This document shows, piece by piece, positions 9,975 to 18,864 of a stretch of DNA of 64,000 nucleotides. Positions within the stretch are counted from its first letter, which is position 1. Each line of letters opens with the position of its first letter. The stretch comes from a virus. The stretch lies in IMG/VR virus record IMGVR_UViG_3300042399_002267; one strand, written 5' to 3'. The position numbers and the translations under genes were made by a program. The notes beneath the pieces were generated by a model. It had not been told where the DNA came from and did not search any database. It saw only the letters and a list, made by a program, of their open reading frames with translations.

Positions 9975-12900
9975 TATTTATTTGCCCTCGTTACACTTTC
10001 CCAAAGGATTTTAGGTTGTGTAATGTTATTACCAAAATCTCTAAATGCAAATTCAACTTTCTTGACTCCATCCTTTTCTCCTGTAAAATCTATTACCCTG
10101 TATGGATTAAAATATTCCCATTCAGACCATTCTCCAGGACCAGAATCATATATCCTTCTAACTTTATAATCTTTAATATCAGACACAGTATCAAAAGCAT
10201 TGATCTTGACAAATGAATTTAATAGGTTTGATAATGTTGTGGAATTGTATGTTCTTGGGTCATAAAATACAGCTGTACCAATTGGTGGCTCAGTATCAAC
10301 AATAGCATAACTTGTTGCAACAAATGTCAAAGGATAAGACTCAGTAACATTTCCAACATAGTCCATCAGTTGAACCCAAACTTTTCTTATTCCAGAATAA
10401 CCGACATTTTGCAAATCAAATGTAGAATTTGTGATTCCATTGTCGTAATAATTTAAATCACCATACAAATATACATAATATTTACCATTGTTATTCACAA
10501 CATATTGTGACCAAGATAACCATGGAGTGTATTGAACTCTAGAATTATCAATTTCTTTACCAATTCTGAAAGACAATATTCCTGAATCACTATCAGAAGC
10601 TAATATTTCTAATGCTGCAGTCCTAAGATTGTAACCATTTGTATTTTGAAGCAATGGTACAGAATTATTATATTGCGGTCCATTTGCATCTATTCTTGAT
10701 GCTGATGAAATATCTGTTGCATGACTTGATATATTTGAATGAGATACAGTTCTAACTCTAAACTGCTGATAATTTTTATGTGTCAGATTTTCAGTTTTTT
10801 CTTCATACCTAGCATACATTTTGTGCCAAAGATTTTTAGCAAGTTTATAACCTGAAAACTTACCATCAGATAAGTAATCTTGAAGCACATAATTTTTGCC
10901 ATTTGCTTCGGCTAATGATGTGTTGAATGGTAATGATATAGCAACCCAAATTTTATCTGATTGAGATACAAGAGGAGATTCTGATGAGGAATTTGCCATA
11001 ACAACTTGAACTAAATCAGTGTTTGGAGATATTATAAATCCAGGAGAAAATGGGTTGTAAGAAATGTCTAACCAATTTGTCAATGGGTTATCTGAGTCAG
11101 GACTTCCAGATGCATCTTGAAAAAATCTGATTCTCAAATCTGATAATGGAAATATTTTATTATATTTCAACCAGTTCATTTTAAATTCGAACAACAAAGG
11201 TCTTATTGAAGAAACAAAGTTGGATATTTGTCCAATATTTATATCTTTGAAAAAGGTAGTACAAACAAATCTTTCAGCAACAGTATTATTCTCTTGAGTT
11301 GATGTTTTATACCAAAATGTGTTTGCGTTGATGTCGCCTAAAGTGATTTTGTATGGAGTATTGAGAGTAGTTGTCTGCAAAGTCCACAGTCCTGAAACTT
11401 TTCTATATAATCCATTTTCATTAAATATTGTTTGATCTTTCAACAATATGTAATCGTTATTTGATAAACTTGATACTTGAATTCCATCTATTGTTGAAGA
11501 TGCTAATGTTGCAATGTCTATATTTACTCCACTAGAAGCGAGTTTGACATCAGTGGGGGTTGAAGTTGTTGTAGCCGTGGAGTAATTGTAGCCCTTAAAG
11601 TCAGTAAGGCTTGATAAACAAACTTGTCCTAAATAATGTTTAGAGTTTGCCAATCCATCATCTGCAAGAGCAAAACTTCTAACAGACGCAATACTTTCTG
11701 CATCTTTTTTACTAAATGACGGTAATCCATCATATTTTATTTCAGAGATAATATTTGTACCAGTGCTGTATGATGATTCCTTAAACCCAACAGCTGCAAA
11801 ATATCCTAATCCTTTGGAAGAAGATGACATTTTCTGATTGATTTCTGCATAACCAATATAATCAATTTTAACGCCATTATCTTTTTTTATGTAAACCCAT
11901 GTAGAGTTTGCATTTTTGGATTTCTTTGTACCTACTAGATTAGTATTTACTTGATCAGTAATTTCTACAGTGTATGTGTCAGTTGTAGCTCCAGGAACAT
12001 AAGACTTCACTGTGTGCTTAGTAAAAGAATTATCAGAATTTCTTTGTAATATTGATATGTATTTTTTATCTTGGCTAAATAATACTATTATTGTTGATGC
12101 ATCTATTGGATTATCTGCGTAGCTGTCTTTGTCATCACATCTAGTTCCAATAGGTCTATCCCAATCAATTTGAACATTGTTTTTGGTATACGGTCTGTAA
12201 GAAGAAATTGGACTAAACGCTACATAAAAGTCATCAGATTTATGCAATACTTTAACTTGCAATGAGCACTTGTTAGATAAACTTGGTCTAAACAATTGTA
12301 TTTCATAACATCCATCAACATCATATACATTTGTGGAATCTATTTTTGTCAATGAAACACTACTTGAAGAAATTGTTTGTCCATAAGTAAGATCATAAGG
12401 ACCATCAGTTAATATTTTATATTCTTCATTATTATCTGTAGTCCAAGATGATTTTAAATAACTAACTGGAAAATTAATTCCATTATTATCATCATTATCG
12501 CATGTACCTAAATCAACAGATAATTTTGAAGTGCCTTCTGCTATAGCTAGCTCTTCAATTAAAAGTGTTGCGGTTTGTCCTACTGCTCCTAAAACTTGAT
12601 ATGCAAAGGATGAACTAATAGCAGTTGTCCCCAAAGAAGGCATCAATGAACTTGCCAAAAGAAAACTTTGATTATTTGTTTGTGTATTTAAACTATCTGG
12701 AGTAAAATATGCCTCAACATAAGAATTCAAAGAATCTACATTAGAATAATACATCTCTAACAATCCACCATTTTTCAGCATTGGTAAAATTGAATTTGAA
12801 AGAGTTGTTGTTTGAGAATTTGCACTATCAATATATCCACTAACTGTGTACAATGTAGCTGTTGGATTAGAATCATTGGGTATATCTAACCTTAAAGTAA

Positions 12901-13933
12901 TTGAACTACTAGCTATTCCAGAATCATGATTGTATTCAAGATTTATGAAAGCTTGAGATGTACATGCAATACTTGAAGTGTTAAACTTGAAATGAGCTTG
13001 TGTAAATATATCGGATGAAGACAGTAATTTTTTAGACGTTTCAAAATAAGCTCCTCTGTCTATAGTTGCTGCTGACAAAGTTGTCTCAGTTCCTACATCT
13101 AATATAGACGATGTCAAAATATAAGATGTAGAGCTCAATCTTGAAAATTTATATGTATTTGCGGTTGTTGTGTAATAATCTGCATTTGGAATAAGACTTC
13201 TTTTGACAGAAGAGTTCACAGAATGCAAATCTGCTGTATTTCCCAAGGATGCAATTTCATACACACTACCAACATATCTAGAAACACCTGTAGAACTTAT
13301 TTGAGCACCACTGGCTGAGCCAGATTTGAATAAACAAAGAGAATTTTTACCAATCCATCCAGATTTTAATGAAGAATATTCAGAGTACTCTGGTTTTACT
13401 GGAAAACTACCTTCCCAAACAATGGTGTCAAAAAGTCCAAAACCTCTTGGATATTCTGCATCTTCATCAGCTGGACCAGTTATGATTGCCTTCATGTAAA
13501 CTTTGGACAATCCACCATTTGCACTAAGTGCCCAATTATTTACAATAAATAAACCTGTACCAGCTTGAGAAGATCTGGAAGATTCAGCAGACTGAGATGA
13601 ATCAAAGAAATATAATGGATTTAAATTACATATATAGTCAGTAGATGAATCATAAGTGCCTGTGGGGAAATTTTGAATCTGAACAGTAGATGATTGTTCA
13701 AAATCTGGATCATTCGAAAGATATAAAGTTTTTATTCTTTCTAATGAAACAAGCTCTCTAGTTGTTTTAGATCTTAATTCAAAACTAAAGATAAGAGTAT
13801 TTCTATTGCGATCAAAATTTGGATCGTTAGAAAAAATGCCAGCTGTATACGCAATACCAGAAGAAATAAATTCTGATTGTAAATAACCACTTCTAAGTTC
13901 GCTGGGTAAAATAACAGTTACATCAAATGACAT
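9974..13933 (-). CDS. 1319-aa virion structural protein with two C-terminal Ig-like (DTxPP...D.xGN) domains
   Basis: C-terminal GIRKVWVQLMDYVGN and DTEPPIG...WSEWEYF...DGVKKVEFAFRDFGNN; GGTGA SD-like motif upstream of the start. Confidence 0.65.
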   Translation of the reverse strand: MSFDVTVILPSELRSGYLQSEFISSGIAYTAGIFSNDPNFDRNRNTLIFSFELRSKTTRELVSLERIKTLYLSNDPDFEQSSTVQIQNFPTGTYDSSTDYICNLNPLYFFDSSQSAESSRSSQAGTGLFIVNNWALSANGGLSKVYMKAIITGPADEDAEYPRGFGLFDTIVWEGSFPVKPEYSEYSSLKSGWIGKNSLCLFKSGSASGAQISSTGVSRYVGSVYEIASLGNTADLHSVNSSVKRSLIPNADYYTTTANTYKFSRLSSTSYILTSSILDVGTETTLSAATIDRGAYFETSKKLLSSSDIFTQAHFKFNTSSIACTSQAFINLEYNHDSGIASSSITLRLDIPNDSNPTATLYTVSGYIDSANSQTTTLSNSILPMLKNGGLLEMYYSNVDSLNSYVEAYFTPDSLNTQTNNQSFLLASSLMPSLGTTAISSSFAYQVLGAVGQTATLLIEELAIAEGTSKLSVDLGTCDNDDNNGINFPVSYLKSSWTTDNNEEYKILTDGPYDLTYGQTISSSSVSLTKIDSTNVYDVDGCYEIQLFRPSLSNKCSLQVKVLHKSDDFYVAFSPISSYRPYTKNNVQIDWDRPIGTRCDDKDSYADNPIDASTIIVLFSQDKKYISILQRNSDNSFTKHTVKSYVPGATTDTYTVEITDQVNTNLVGTKKSKNANSTWVYIKKDNGVKIDYIGYAEINQKMSSSSKGLGYFAAVGFKESSYSTGTNIISEIKYDGLPSFSKKDAESIASVRSFALADDGLANSKHYLGQVCLSSLTDFKGYNYSTATTTSTPTDVKLASSGVNIDIATLASSTIDGIQVSSLSNNDYILLKDQTIFNENGLYRKVSGLWTLQTTTLNTPYKITLGDINANTFWYKTSTQENNTVAERFVCTTFFKDINIGQISNFVSSIRPLLFEFKMNWLKYNKIFPLSDLRIRFFQDASGSPDSDNPLTNWLDISYNPFSPGFIISPNTDLVQVVMANSSSESPLVSQSDKIWVAISLPFNTSLAEANGKNYVLQDYLSDGKFSGYKLAKNLWHKMYARYEEKTENLTHKNYQQFRVRTVSHSNISSHATDISSASRIDANGPQYNNSVPLLQNTNGYNLRTAALEILASDSDSGILSFRIGKEIDNSRVQYTPWLSWSQYVVNNNGKYYVYLYGDLNYYDNGITNSTFDLQNVGYSGIRKVWVQLMDYVGNVTESYPLTFVATSYAIVDTEPPIGTAVFYDPRTYNSTTLSNLLNSFVKINAFDTVSDIKDYKVRRIYDSGPGEWSEWEYFNPYRVIDFTGEKDGVKKVEFAFRDFGNNITQPKILWESVTRANK

Positions 13934-13975
13934 TCGATATCACCAAATCTGGACAAATAATTACTGATATATTCT

Positions 13976-14001
13976 GTTCTAAGGTTGATAGAACCTATCA
14001 A
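13976..14001. other. Overlapping alternative hairpins at the end of 13998..14939
   Basis: TTGATAG-AAC-CTATCAA (13985-14001), AGGTT-GATAG-AACCT (13982-13996) and GTTCTA-7nt-TAGAAC (13976-13994) can each pair. Confidence 0.3.
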
Positions 14002-14939
14002 AGGCTAAAATCAAACTGAATAGGCATATAATTTTGTACAGTTAAGGGAACTTGAACATCAAAATACATAAGACCATCAACATAATCTGCATTATTATTT
14101 TGTCCTTGTTGATAGAAATCATATTGAGCTTTGTATATTGAGGTGTTTGTAGAAGAACTACTTGAAACAAAATACATACTTACATACTGTGCTGATTTAA
14201 CTGTATCCAAACCATTAGGCAAATACACTTTTAATTTCAATTCAGAAAGCGCATTTGACGATAAAGTTTCAATTATCTTATTGCAAATTATTCTGAAATA
14301 AATTGTTTTATATATTGGACCTTTGCCAATATTATAATATTGAATATCTGTATCTGTAGAACTTGAAGTAATATTCGCAGGAACTGTAGATATAACAGGA
14401 TTTCCAAATCTTACATGTCTAGGAATAGTAAAAGTAGAATCATCAAAACATGCTATAGAAAATTCTGGATTGTAAGTGGTGTTGTCAATTACTGTTGAAT
14501 CAGCAATTATTGCCAGAGATTTAAATAAATCTTCCGATTTTTCATATAAATTAATTACTGTAGTGTAATCATTTAAAAATAGTAAAACATTACCTTCATC
14601 ATCAATTTCTAGAGAACCATTACTCACATCTAAAATAAAATTTTTATCCTGAACACCAAATTCAATAGAAGATTGTGATGATTTGTACAAAATGTCGTAC
14701 ATAATTTTAAAAGAAATTAATCTTGAGTATGCAACATCTTTTTCAAAAATAAAATTTACTTTGTCTTCTGCAGAAACAAATAAAGCACATTGAATATTTT
14801 TCTTTATTGATAATAAATAATTATCTTTATTTTTACTTATAATAAAGTTTATAGGAGTTGATAAAAATATAATATCAAAATTCAAATCAGCGTGAGATAA
14901 TTTGACTGTTGAATTTATATTTACACTTTGTATTATCAT
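13998..14939 (-). CDS. Hypothetical protein (313 aa) in the structural operon
   Basis: ORF preceded by GGAG-TAAATA-ATG; ends in TGA; co-oriented and tightly packed. Confidence 0.8.
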   Translation of the reverse strand: MIIQSVNINSTVKLSHADLNFDIIFLSTPINFIISKNKDNYLLSIKKNIQCALFVSAEDKVNFIFEKDVAYSRLISFKIMYDILYKSSQSSIEFGVQDKNFILDVSNGSLEIDDEGNVLLFLNDYTTVINLYEKSEDLFKSLAIIADSTVIDNTTYNPEFSIACFDDSTFTIPRHVRFGNPVISTVPANITSSSTDTDIQYYNIGKGPIYKTIYFRIICNKIIETLSSNALSELKLKVYLPNGLDTVKSAQYVSMYFVSSSSSTNTSIYKAQYDFYQQGQNNNADYVDGLMYFDVQVPLTVQNYMPIQFDFSL

Positions 14940-14942
14940 TAT

Positions 14943-17900
14943 TTACTCCGAGACCAAAATATCATTATTACTCAAAACTTTCATTCCTTTAGGGTGAACT
15001 ATTTCATTATTTTCACCCCATACAGAAACTTCATTCCCAGTGGTATTAATAAGCCTCAATCTACTTTTGGAACCAGAAGTTATAACATCATCAGTCAAAA
15101 TATAAAACAAATCTTGAGATGGTCCAGGCAAAGCTCTTATAATATCGTAATCTGCAAAATTCAATCTTGTTTCTATAACACCATCAGAAACTCTTACAAT
15201 AATTAATTTTCCATTATCAGATGAAGATATAGCTGGAGCACCAATTAAAATTCTTCCATCAGTAATTTCGTATGCATTGCCAAGTTTTGTATCTATAAAC
15301 TGAACTACACTATTAGAAATAATCCACTTTTGAGTAAGTGAAGTATTATCATTGAAAGCTAAAATTGAATCAGTAAATGGCTGAGCTAGTATAATTGTAC
15401 TATTGCTATAATGAACAGAAATTGGATTATATACATTTGCAAAATGTATAGGTCCTTGAATTAAATTCAAAGTTACTTCATTTTTTTGATTATTTGGACC
15501 TAATAAAACGTCAGATGGAACAATACCATCTACATTGTAGTCTGAGGAATTGCTAGATGTATATCCAGTGTATGGAATACCAGTTATAGTATTGCCAGTA
15601 CCAGTAAATGTTGATGAAATAACATTTAGATAAGTCAAGGATATATTTGTTGAAGTAGTAGTAACTGTTGATTTTTCGCCTATGCCTACAGTATTTACTT
15701 CAAACCCACCATTTGTTATTGAACCACTGTCAAATCTTATAGTTTTACTTCTAGCATTAGATATGCTTGTGTTTAGTGATTTGCCCTCTTCACTTGAAGA
15801 AAACTCGACTAATAATGTTGCAGATAAAGAACCAATAGAAGAAAATAATCCTGTATTACTTGATATCCTTGGATCGTCTAATCTAACTGTTATTCCATCG
15901 TATGTAAGATAGATTTTAGTAAGATCAAATTCACTTATATTTTGAGAAAATGCAATCCAAATTTGTCTCACGTCCGGATTGTAATATGCAGCTAACACAA
16001 CAAGATCATTCAAAGATTGTTTCAATCTAATATTGCCTTGAATAATTTTTGTAATTTTTCCATCAATATCAAACTTTACAATTCTGTCATTTTCAGTGTC
16101 ACAGAAAATACGTCCACCATCTTCTAAGCTTTGATAATCTTTTGGTTGATTGAAACCAGTGTCTGTAGACTTATAAAAAACTTGAACTGGTGAAAGATAT
16201 GAGGACAAAGTACTTGAATCTATTCCGTCTTCAGATACAACTTCTGTGTCAGTTGTTTGAGCAGATATAAGTGAATTGTTTCTTAAAAATATCCAGTTTC
16301 CAATATTTGATGTGCTAGCAATTTGAATTTTGTTTTTTGCTTTGCCTGTTTCTAAATATGTAACACCAAATCCAATATTGTTTGAATAATATTGCTCACT
16401 TAACCAACCAGATTGAGATGTTGCAAAGTTGGAATATAAAGTGTCAAAAACTCTAGTAGAACCTGTTCCAGTAGCTGAAAAAAGAATTCTTAAGTCATTC
16501 ATTGATGGTGAACTTGTTCTTGTTGAATCAGAATTTAAGCTCACCAAAACATCCAAGTATCTTCCAGTATTATCATTAGGAGATATTTGTCCACTATATA
16601 GATTTCCAGTTTCATCTATATTTGACAATGAATTGAAAACTGAACTTGAGATATCAGTTTTAGTTTCAATCGTGTAAAGAGTATTTGTAGGCTTAGTTGC
16701 ATTCCATTGAACCAAGTTGTAAACAGTATTTACATTACCTGAATCAAATCTTATTAAGAATTTACCAGTTGAAGAATATAAAGACTCATTCCATGCAAAC
16801 ATAGAAGACGATGCGTTTGATGTGGTTGATTTTCTTTCAGTTTGTAAATCATTATAATTGTATGGAGATGGATTTACTTGTTCATCTGTAGGTGTTACTA
16901 AATCAAAAGTAATCTGTTTTTCAGGGTTCCAACCCTTGGCTGAAGACCAATAAAATCCAATACCCTTTATCGATGTTCTATTTTGTGAAGGAAACAAATT
17001 AGACAATCCTACAGTTCTGTATATAGCTGTTCCAATTCCAGCAATATCTGTGGAGTCAGAGTCATCAAATATTTTAAATCCAATTTCACTTCCATCGGTT
17101 GATGAAAGATACAAACTTGTAGGAGCAGTGTTTGGATAAATTTGAGATGAATCAAAATTTACATTTATATCATTTGCATAAAGTGGATCAGTGTCAGTAC
17201 CTAAAACTAAGTACATGTAAATCTGTCCAATTTTAGCATTAGTTTCTCCAATGCCTACTGAAAATCCAACACCTACATGAGATACTCCATCCATAGCTAT
17301 TGGATTACTGAAAATCTTATAAGAGTAAAGTCTTGAATCTACCTTAATACCTGAGGCTGTACTAATAGGAACAAAGTTAAATCCTCTGTACCACCCAGAT
17401 GTAGTAGTGAAGGTTCCAGCAACAGGCTGTTCTAAAGATCTGAAATTCAATGGTGATGATAATTGAAAATATCCATCAGCATCATCATCAGTTGTTCCAG
17501 AAATTTTTATATTTTCGAAGAAACCGATATTTTGTGAAATATTATAATTTTTAGCAACAGTGAAATCTCTTTTAGTTGTATAGGCTTGGGTGTCAACATA
17601 AACAGAATCAGAAACTGATGAACTTATACCTAAACCTGATGACCATGGAGCAGTATCATTTACAGTTGCACTTACAATTGATGCTGGAATAGAATTATCT
17701 GAAAAATTAGCAGTTGTTCCAACAGATGAATTGGCAGAAGTATTTGGAAAAATACCTGGAACATATACTATTGTATTTAATTGTGTATTATCAATATATT
17801 CAAAACCTGATTGCTTTTTTAGAGCTACTAGCATTTGCAGTCTATTGGCTATCGAAAGGTCTGATAATTTGTATTGCGTGTCTTGTTCTAATAAATTTGT

Positions 17901-18632
17901 TAACAATGAATCTATTTGATCGTGAGTAAGATTGCCTTTGTTGTCTAATAAATTGTGATCTATGATTGGCAGTCTTGAAGCATCTAATGTTCCAGAATTA
18001 ACATTGTCTAAATTAATGTTTGAAACATTAGAGCCATCAAGTGTCCCTCTAACTTCTGTTGATAAATCAATTGGTGCTGGATTTGCGCTACCACCAATGT
18101 GTTTATGTCTTTTTATAATATCAGAAATAGCAGAAAACAAAGTTATCACTTGTCTATTAGTATCAAAAACTGATATCAAATTATTAGATGTATTGATTGT
18201 TACTCCGCCCAATGCAACATAATTATTAGAATCTGTTATTTGAGTAAGAGATGCTATAAAATCAACATCTTTTAAAACTGGTGTGTTTGCATTTTCAACA
18301 GCATATAAATAAACTGTAGCTTCTGTTACACCTATTGGTAAAACAGGCAATGCAACATCTTTTGGTGATGATGTTTCAGTAGATTTCCAAGATACATTAC
18401 CTTTTCCTGAAGTTACAGAAACTGTGGTAAATTTTCTATCATCAGAATAAGTTTGAATTTGCCAAGAAATACTATCAATAGTATCTTCTATAATTCCATT
18501 CTTGAAAATTTGATATAAAGAATAAACTTGAGTATCGATAGTTTTAAATCTTAACTCATCCAAGTCAAGATCGTTAGCTAAATCTTGATTTACTTCTAAG
18601 TAACCAAGTTTGTAAAAAGGTGTCTTTCCCAT
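14943..18632 (-). CDS. 1229-aa tail fibre/baseplate-like protein with HKH motif and C-terminal NHL-type beta-propeller
   Basis: N-terminus similar to 1..1806; RHKHIGGSANPAPIDLS; NHL-like FNQPKDYQSLEDGGRIFCDTENDRIVKFDIDGK and IVHPKGMKVLSNNDILVSE. Confidence 0.65.
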   Translation of the reverse strand: MGKTPFYKLGYLEVNQDLANDLDLDELRFKTIDTQVYSLYQIFKNGIIEDTIDSISWQIQTYSDDRKFTTVSVTSGKGNVSWKSTETSSPKDVALPVLPIGVTEATVYLYAVENANTPVLKDVDFIASLTQITDSNNYVALGGVTINTSNNLISVFDTNRQVITLFSAISDIIKRHKHIGGSANPAPIDLSTEVRGTLDGSNVSNINLDNVNSGTLDASRLPIIDHNLLDNKGNLTHDQIDSLLTNLLEQDTQYKLSDLSIANRLQMLVALKKQSGFEYIDNTQLNTIVYVPGIFPNTSANSSVGTTANFSDNSIPASIVSATVNDTAPWSSGLGISSSVSDSVYVDTQAYTTKRDFTVAKNYNISQNIGFFENIKISGTTDDDADGYFQLSSPLNFRSLEQPVAGTFTTTSGWYRGFNFVPISTASGIKVDSRLYSYKIFSNPIAMDGVSHVGVGFSVGIGETNAKIGQIYMYLVLGTDTDPLYANDINVNFDSSQIYPNTAPTSLYLSSTDGSEIGFKIFDDSDSTDIAGIGTAIYRTVGLSNLFPSQNRTSIKGIGFYWSSAKGWNPEKQITFDLVTPTDEQVNPSPYNYNDLQTERKSTTSNASSSMFAWNESLYSSTGKFLIRFDSGNVNTVYNLVQWNATKPTNTLYTIETKTDISSSVFNSLSNIDETGNLYSGQISPNDNTGRYLDVLVSLNSDSTRTSSPSMNDLRILFSATGTGSTRVFDTLYSNFATSQSGWLSEQYYSNNIGFGVTYLETGKAKNKIQIASTSNIGNWIFLRNNSLISAQTTDTEVVSEDGIDSSTLSSYLSPVQVFYKSTDTGFNQPKDYQSLEDGGRIFCDTENDRIVKFDIDGKITKIIQGNIRLKQSLNDLVVLAAYYNPDVRQIWIAFSQNISEFDLTKIYLTYDGITVRLDDPRISSNTGLFSSIGSLSATLLVEFSSSEEGKSLNTSISNARSKTIRFDSGSITNGGFEVNTVGIGEKSTVTTTSTNISLTYLNVISSTFTGTGNTITGIPYTGYTSSNSSDYNVDGIVPSDVLLGPNNQKNEVTLNLIQGPIHFANVYNPISVHYSNSTIILAQPFTDSILAFNDNTSLTQKWIISNSVVQFIDTKLGNAYEITDGRILIGAPAISSSDNGKLIIVRVSDGVIETRLNFADYDIIRALPGPSQDLFYILTDDVITSGSKSRLRLINTTGNEVSVWGENNEIVHPKGMKVLSNNDILVSE

Positions 18633-18634
18633 AA

Positions 18635-18853
18635 TTATTTAGGTTTGTATTCAGTAGTAACTTTTTCAATGCCCCAAGTTGAATATCCCCATCTCAATAC
18701 ACCCTTCTCATCTTCAATTTTCTCATCAATGATGTTTATAACACCTAGTTCAACACCAGTAGATGTTCTCACTGTTACTGCATTTTGAATTTTATTTTGA
18801 AATTCTATCATTTTTGCAGAAATTGCAGATGATAATGATTTAAATTGAGCCAT
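18635..18853 (-). CDS. Small hypothetical protein (72 aa) with WGYSTWG motif
   Basis: Fills the gap between two large co-oriented genes with 2-11 nt spacing. Confidence 0.75.
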   Translation of the reverse strand: MAQFKSLSSAISAKMIEFQNKIQNAVTVRTSTGVELGVINIIDEKIEDEKGVLRWGYSTWGIEKVTTEYKPK

Positions 18854-18864
18854 AGGTTATATTT

